DNA of 63,659 nt, the filler included, from Octopus bimaculoides (lineage: Eukaryota): NCBI RefSeq assembly GCF_001194135.2. It is 8 parts of 8 records of this genome, joined end to end, with 100 filler letters (N's around TTAATTAATTAA, not from the genome) between each part and the next. Parts side by side here need not be neighbours in the genome. Positions count along the whole stretch, not along the records: positions 57,630 to 61,902 come from NC_069005.1; positions 62,003 to 63,659 come from NC_068991.1; 6 more parts are not named here. One strand, written 5' to 3'. The notes under the pieces were generated by a model. The model was given only the letters and a program-made list of their open reading frames with translations. It was not told the DNA's origin and ran no database searches. The position numbers and the translations under genes were made by a program. Positions 60,301 to 63,659 of the stretch are shown one piece after another (position 1 is the stretch's first letter; every line of letters starts with the position of its first letter).

Positions 60301-60749
60301 CTGCTATTTTGAATACATACATACATACATACACCAACACACAAATACCAACATAGACAACAGTTATTTGAATAGAGATTGTCGGTTACGACTCGAGTTT
60401 TATGTCCGCGCTCTTTCATAGTATGAAAAGACCGAGCGGTGGCCACCAATCCCAGCATGGAATGAATGAATGAATAAAGACTCAATACATTTATTACAAA
60501 CTGTAATGTTACGTACGATCAGGAAGTGAGTTATTTTGCTTAACTGTTTCTCGACACTGCGTTAGAGAATGTTGATTAAGATACAAAAGAAACAGGATGG
60601 GTATGGTGGAAAGGTTTTTGATCATAAAAATTTGTTTGACTAAAACTAAACAATAACGGATTTGTTATTTGCGTTTAGCTTTGGTCTTTCCTCTTACAGG
60701 TTTTTGCCAATAGCCATGATGTGTTGTTCTCTGTTTTGCATTTTCAGGC

Positions 60750-61700
60750 GAAATGAAACCTCGGAGACGCTTTGCCCCAAGCGGAAACTCAAAGAGCTAC
60801 ACAGAAGTGTTACAAGGTCTTTACCTGAATCCCTCACAACATCAGCAAGCCTTCTGTATCATCGGCCAGTACCTCAGGGTCACAATTGTTTCGCTCCTTA
60901 GCCTGTACGCTCCCACCTGAGTGGGACAGCGAGAGCAGAATTAGTCTTTGCCGGCAGACGGGTTCCACCTGCAGACTTATTAACCAGCTGCCATGCTTAT
61001 CTCCTTGGGTTGGATTCCTTCGATTGCTTCGGTTCCGTACCAATCTTCTGCAGGAAATACCGCACAGATCTAGTCGGAAAGCCGCAGCAGTCGAGTTTAA
61101 TAAGGGAATCAGGCCGCATGCTTTATCAAGAGTCACATCGATAGAGACCTGATGTTTAGTCTTCTTTAATTACTAAGAAATGTCGAGTCTGTTCCCCCGG
61201 CACACTATAAGTTCAGCAACAATGTTTTTGTACACCTGAAGGGCAGGAACCAGTCTGGTCAGAGTGATGTAACCGCGACCATCTTTAAGAAGACGAGTCT
61301 GCTCTTTAGATCCAATTGCATCTCCCAGAATTACTATTCCACAAATATTTCCCGTGACCAATGTCAGCAAAGCGAGACATTGCACATTTAGCTCCAGACT
61401 GATGGATGGCATCACAGTTCTACAGGAAATGCTACATACAACCATCTTGTACCTCACTGCGCAGATGTGATTGCAATTTCCACTGCTGTGTTGCGGTGGG
61501 GGTTGATGTAGGTTAATGGACAAGATTAGAAGAGTATGAGACATCATAATGTGGGCGACAGAAGCCGGATATTCCCTGGGTGCACCAGTGTTGGTCGACG
61601 CGTTGAGGGAGAGTAAAACAGCGCTGGAATGTAACGAAATTTTTGTGACTTCAGATCGGCAGCAGAGCAAGAGACGAACCCCCGCAGAGCAGACTATCAT
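60750..61700 (+). mobile_element. Possible highly decayed RTE-type LINE (unresolved)
   Basis: Scattered weak motifs in order: VTIVSLLSLYAPT, RVPPADLL..LLG, VFVHLKGRN, DGITVLQEM, LYLT. No continuous frame. Confidence 0.3.
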
Positions 61701-61704
61701 GAAC

Positions 61705-61736
<32 letters not shown>

Positions 61737-61744
61737 TGTATGTG

Positions 61745-61776
<32 letters not shown>

Positions 61777-61866
61777 GAGAGAGAGAGGAGGGAATGAGGT
61801 AGACAGAGAAAGAGATAAACAAAACACAAAAAATATTAAAATTAAGCGTGAAATATAGATGTATAG

Positions 61867-61901
<35 letters not shown>

Positions 61902-61902
61902 T

Positions 61903-62002
61903 NNNNNNNNNNNNNNNNNNNNNNNNNNNNNNNNNNNNNNNNNNNNTTAATTAATTAANNNNNNNNNNNNNNNNNNNNNNNNNNNNNNNNNNNNNNNNNN
62001 NN
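61903..62002. other. Artificial scaffold spacer
   Basis: 44N-TTAATTAATTAA-44N. Confidence 0.95.
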
Positions 62003-62322
62003 AAACTACTGAAAGCTTGTGTTACATGGTTAAAGTATATATTTAAATTATGTCAGAAAAATGTTAGAAAAATGTTAGAAAAATGTTAGAAAATCTTTTT
62101 GGTATATAAACATTGTATTTTGAGAAATAACCGGTTTCGTGTTGTCTTTTCAAATTTCTCTACTTCATTGTGTCGTGTTCGAGCGAACACGACACAATGA
62201 AGTATATTATATATATTATGTGGTGAGGCCTCAACAAGCAGAAAAGACCTATATCAGCTATGTATGTATGTATGTTTGTATGTACGTATGCATATACATA
62301 TATATATGTATGCACATATATA

Positions 62323-62375
<53 letters not shown>

Positions 62376-63659
62376 TAATTCTTCAGTTATCACAAAATAA
62401 GTTTAATTCCTACACAAGGGGTTTATTATATTAGTTAGGTAATTAATTATTGTGACGTAGAATTATTATCTGTAGTTTTTATTCTTTAGTTATCTATTAA
62501 GAATTTTTGTCTACAGTTTTTGTTCTTTATGTATTCAGTGACGTCATCAATTTTAGTAGATAAATATACTCGCTTTCTATGTTAGGCTTTCTAATATTTT
62601 TTATGTAGGCTTGAAATTGTCAAAAAATATGGAATTAATATGATATTTTTGTATTTTTATAAGGCAGTGAACGCGCTGTTTTTTGAATGATTGAAACTTC
62701 TGAAAATTATCAAACTCTGAACACCTGTACCATTTTCACAAAATCTTTCTGGAATAAATGAATAACAAATTCGAATTCAGCGTCAAAAATTACATCTATT
62801 TCGACATGCAATGACGAAAACCACAAAGATCTGTAGTTATATGTATATATGTGGTTTCAATTGGATTGCCTATGTTGAGTCAACTACCAGACGAATGCTT
62901 CAGCATGCTCTCTTTACCAACCACGGTCCGATGGGGAAACCGTGAAATTGAGCTTGAGGTCATACTGGCTTGATGAGTCTACACTGCCACACTGATTCGA
63001 CATTGCTTGACAAAGAATGTATGCATGTATAAAGCACAAATGAGAAGAAACGCCGATTGGTCAGTGGCATGTATATTAACAGCATAGGCAAATACAGATA
63101 TTTGAAATATCATACGACAGAGACGATGATATTTAAGACAAAAAAACAACAACTTATATTGCATTGTATGTAACTTTTTGTTCCTGAGCTATGATGGTTG
63201 TTATACAGAATTTTCACATTGTTATTTGTGTTTTAGCAAACTGATTCTTTATTCCTTTCTCTTTTCCCTATGTTATTTTATCTTTGTTCTGTCTCTTCCT
63301 TTTCATTTGAAAATACTAATCAGTAGTTCTGTAACTTTTTCGGGCTGCCGCTCCCTTGGTACCCTGGCCACATTCCTAATATGCAGCAAGGAATATGTGC
63401 ACACAACAATTTCATTCAAAATACGCTTGGAGAAATAGACAAACTCAATATGTTACACTTCGTAGGATCTCGGTAGAATCTTTTCTAACAAACTGAAAGC
63501 GTCACTCAGCAACAGAAGAGACTTATACAAGGAAGATAGGTTACTGAAACTATGTGCATGTCATAATCCCTTCCGCAATTCTGAGTAAACGATATTACTT
63601 CCACACTTTCTCTTGACAAAGTGTTATTAACCTCGAAACGCCGAAATATGAGGTAAAAT

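Noticed and set aside
60753-61152. Antizyme-like +1 frameshift at ACC-TGA-G
   Set aside because: The site is not the UCC-UGA type and the downstream frame does not resemble antizyme ORF2.

Overview
Repeat-saturated, AT-rich eukaryotic draft-assembly DNA. The SINE/LINE repertoire and microsatellite load point to a cephalopod, probably Octopus; this is inferred from recognising the repeats, not proven. The window is not contiguous: seven identical 100-nt artificial spacers (44 N + TTAATTAATTAA + 44 N) join eight probably unrelated scaffolds, and there are many ordinary N gaps. I can support no intact host protein-coding gene. The content is decayed mobile DNA: at least five Penelope-like (RT + GIY-YIG) remnants; RTE-, CR1-, R4/Dong- and L1/Tx1-type LINE fragments; three tRNA-derived SINE families; Tc1, mariner, pogo and Merlin-like DNA transposon pieces; and Helitron/Helentron-type non-autonomous elements. 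Most ORF-track entries are microsatellite or N-gap artefacts. The most interesting signals are: (i) several distinct type I hammerhead-ribozyme folds in Penelope-type terminal repeats, including a 392-bp TSD-flanked inverted element made only of ribozyme-bearing repeats; (ii) a six-unit minisatellite whose unit overlaps a kappaB-like and a STAT/GAS motif; (iii) four SINEs stacked at one reiterated target site; (iv) a PHD-type zinc finger embedded in an RTE reverse transcriptase; (v) clean nested insertions with readable target-site duplications.
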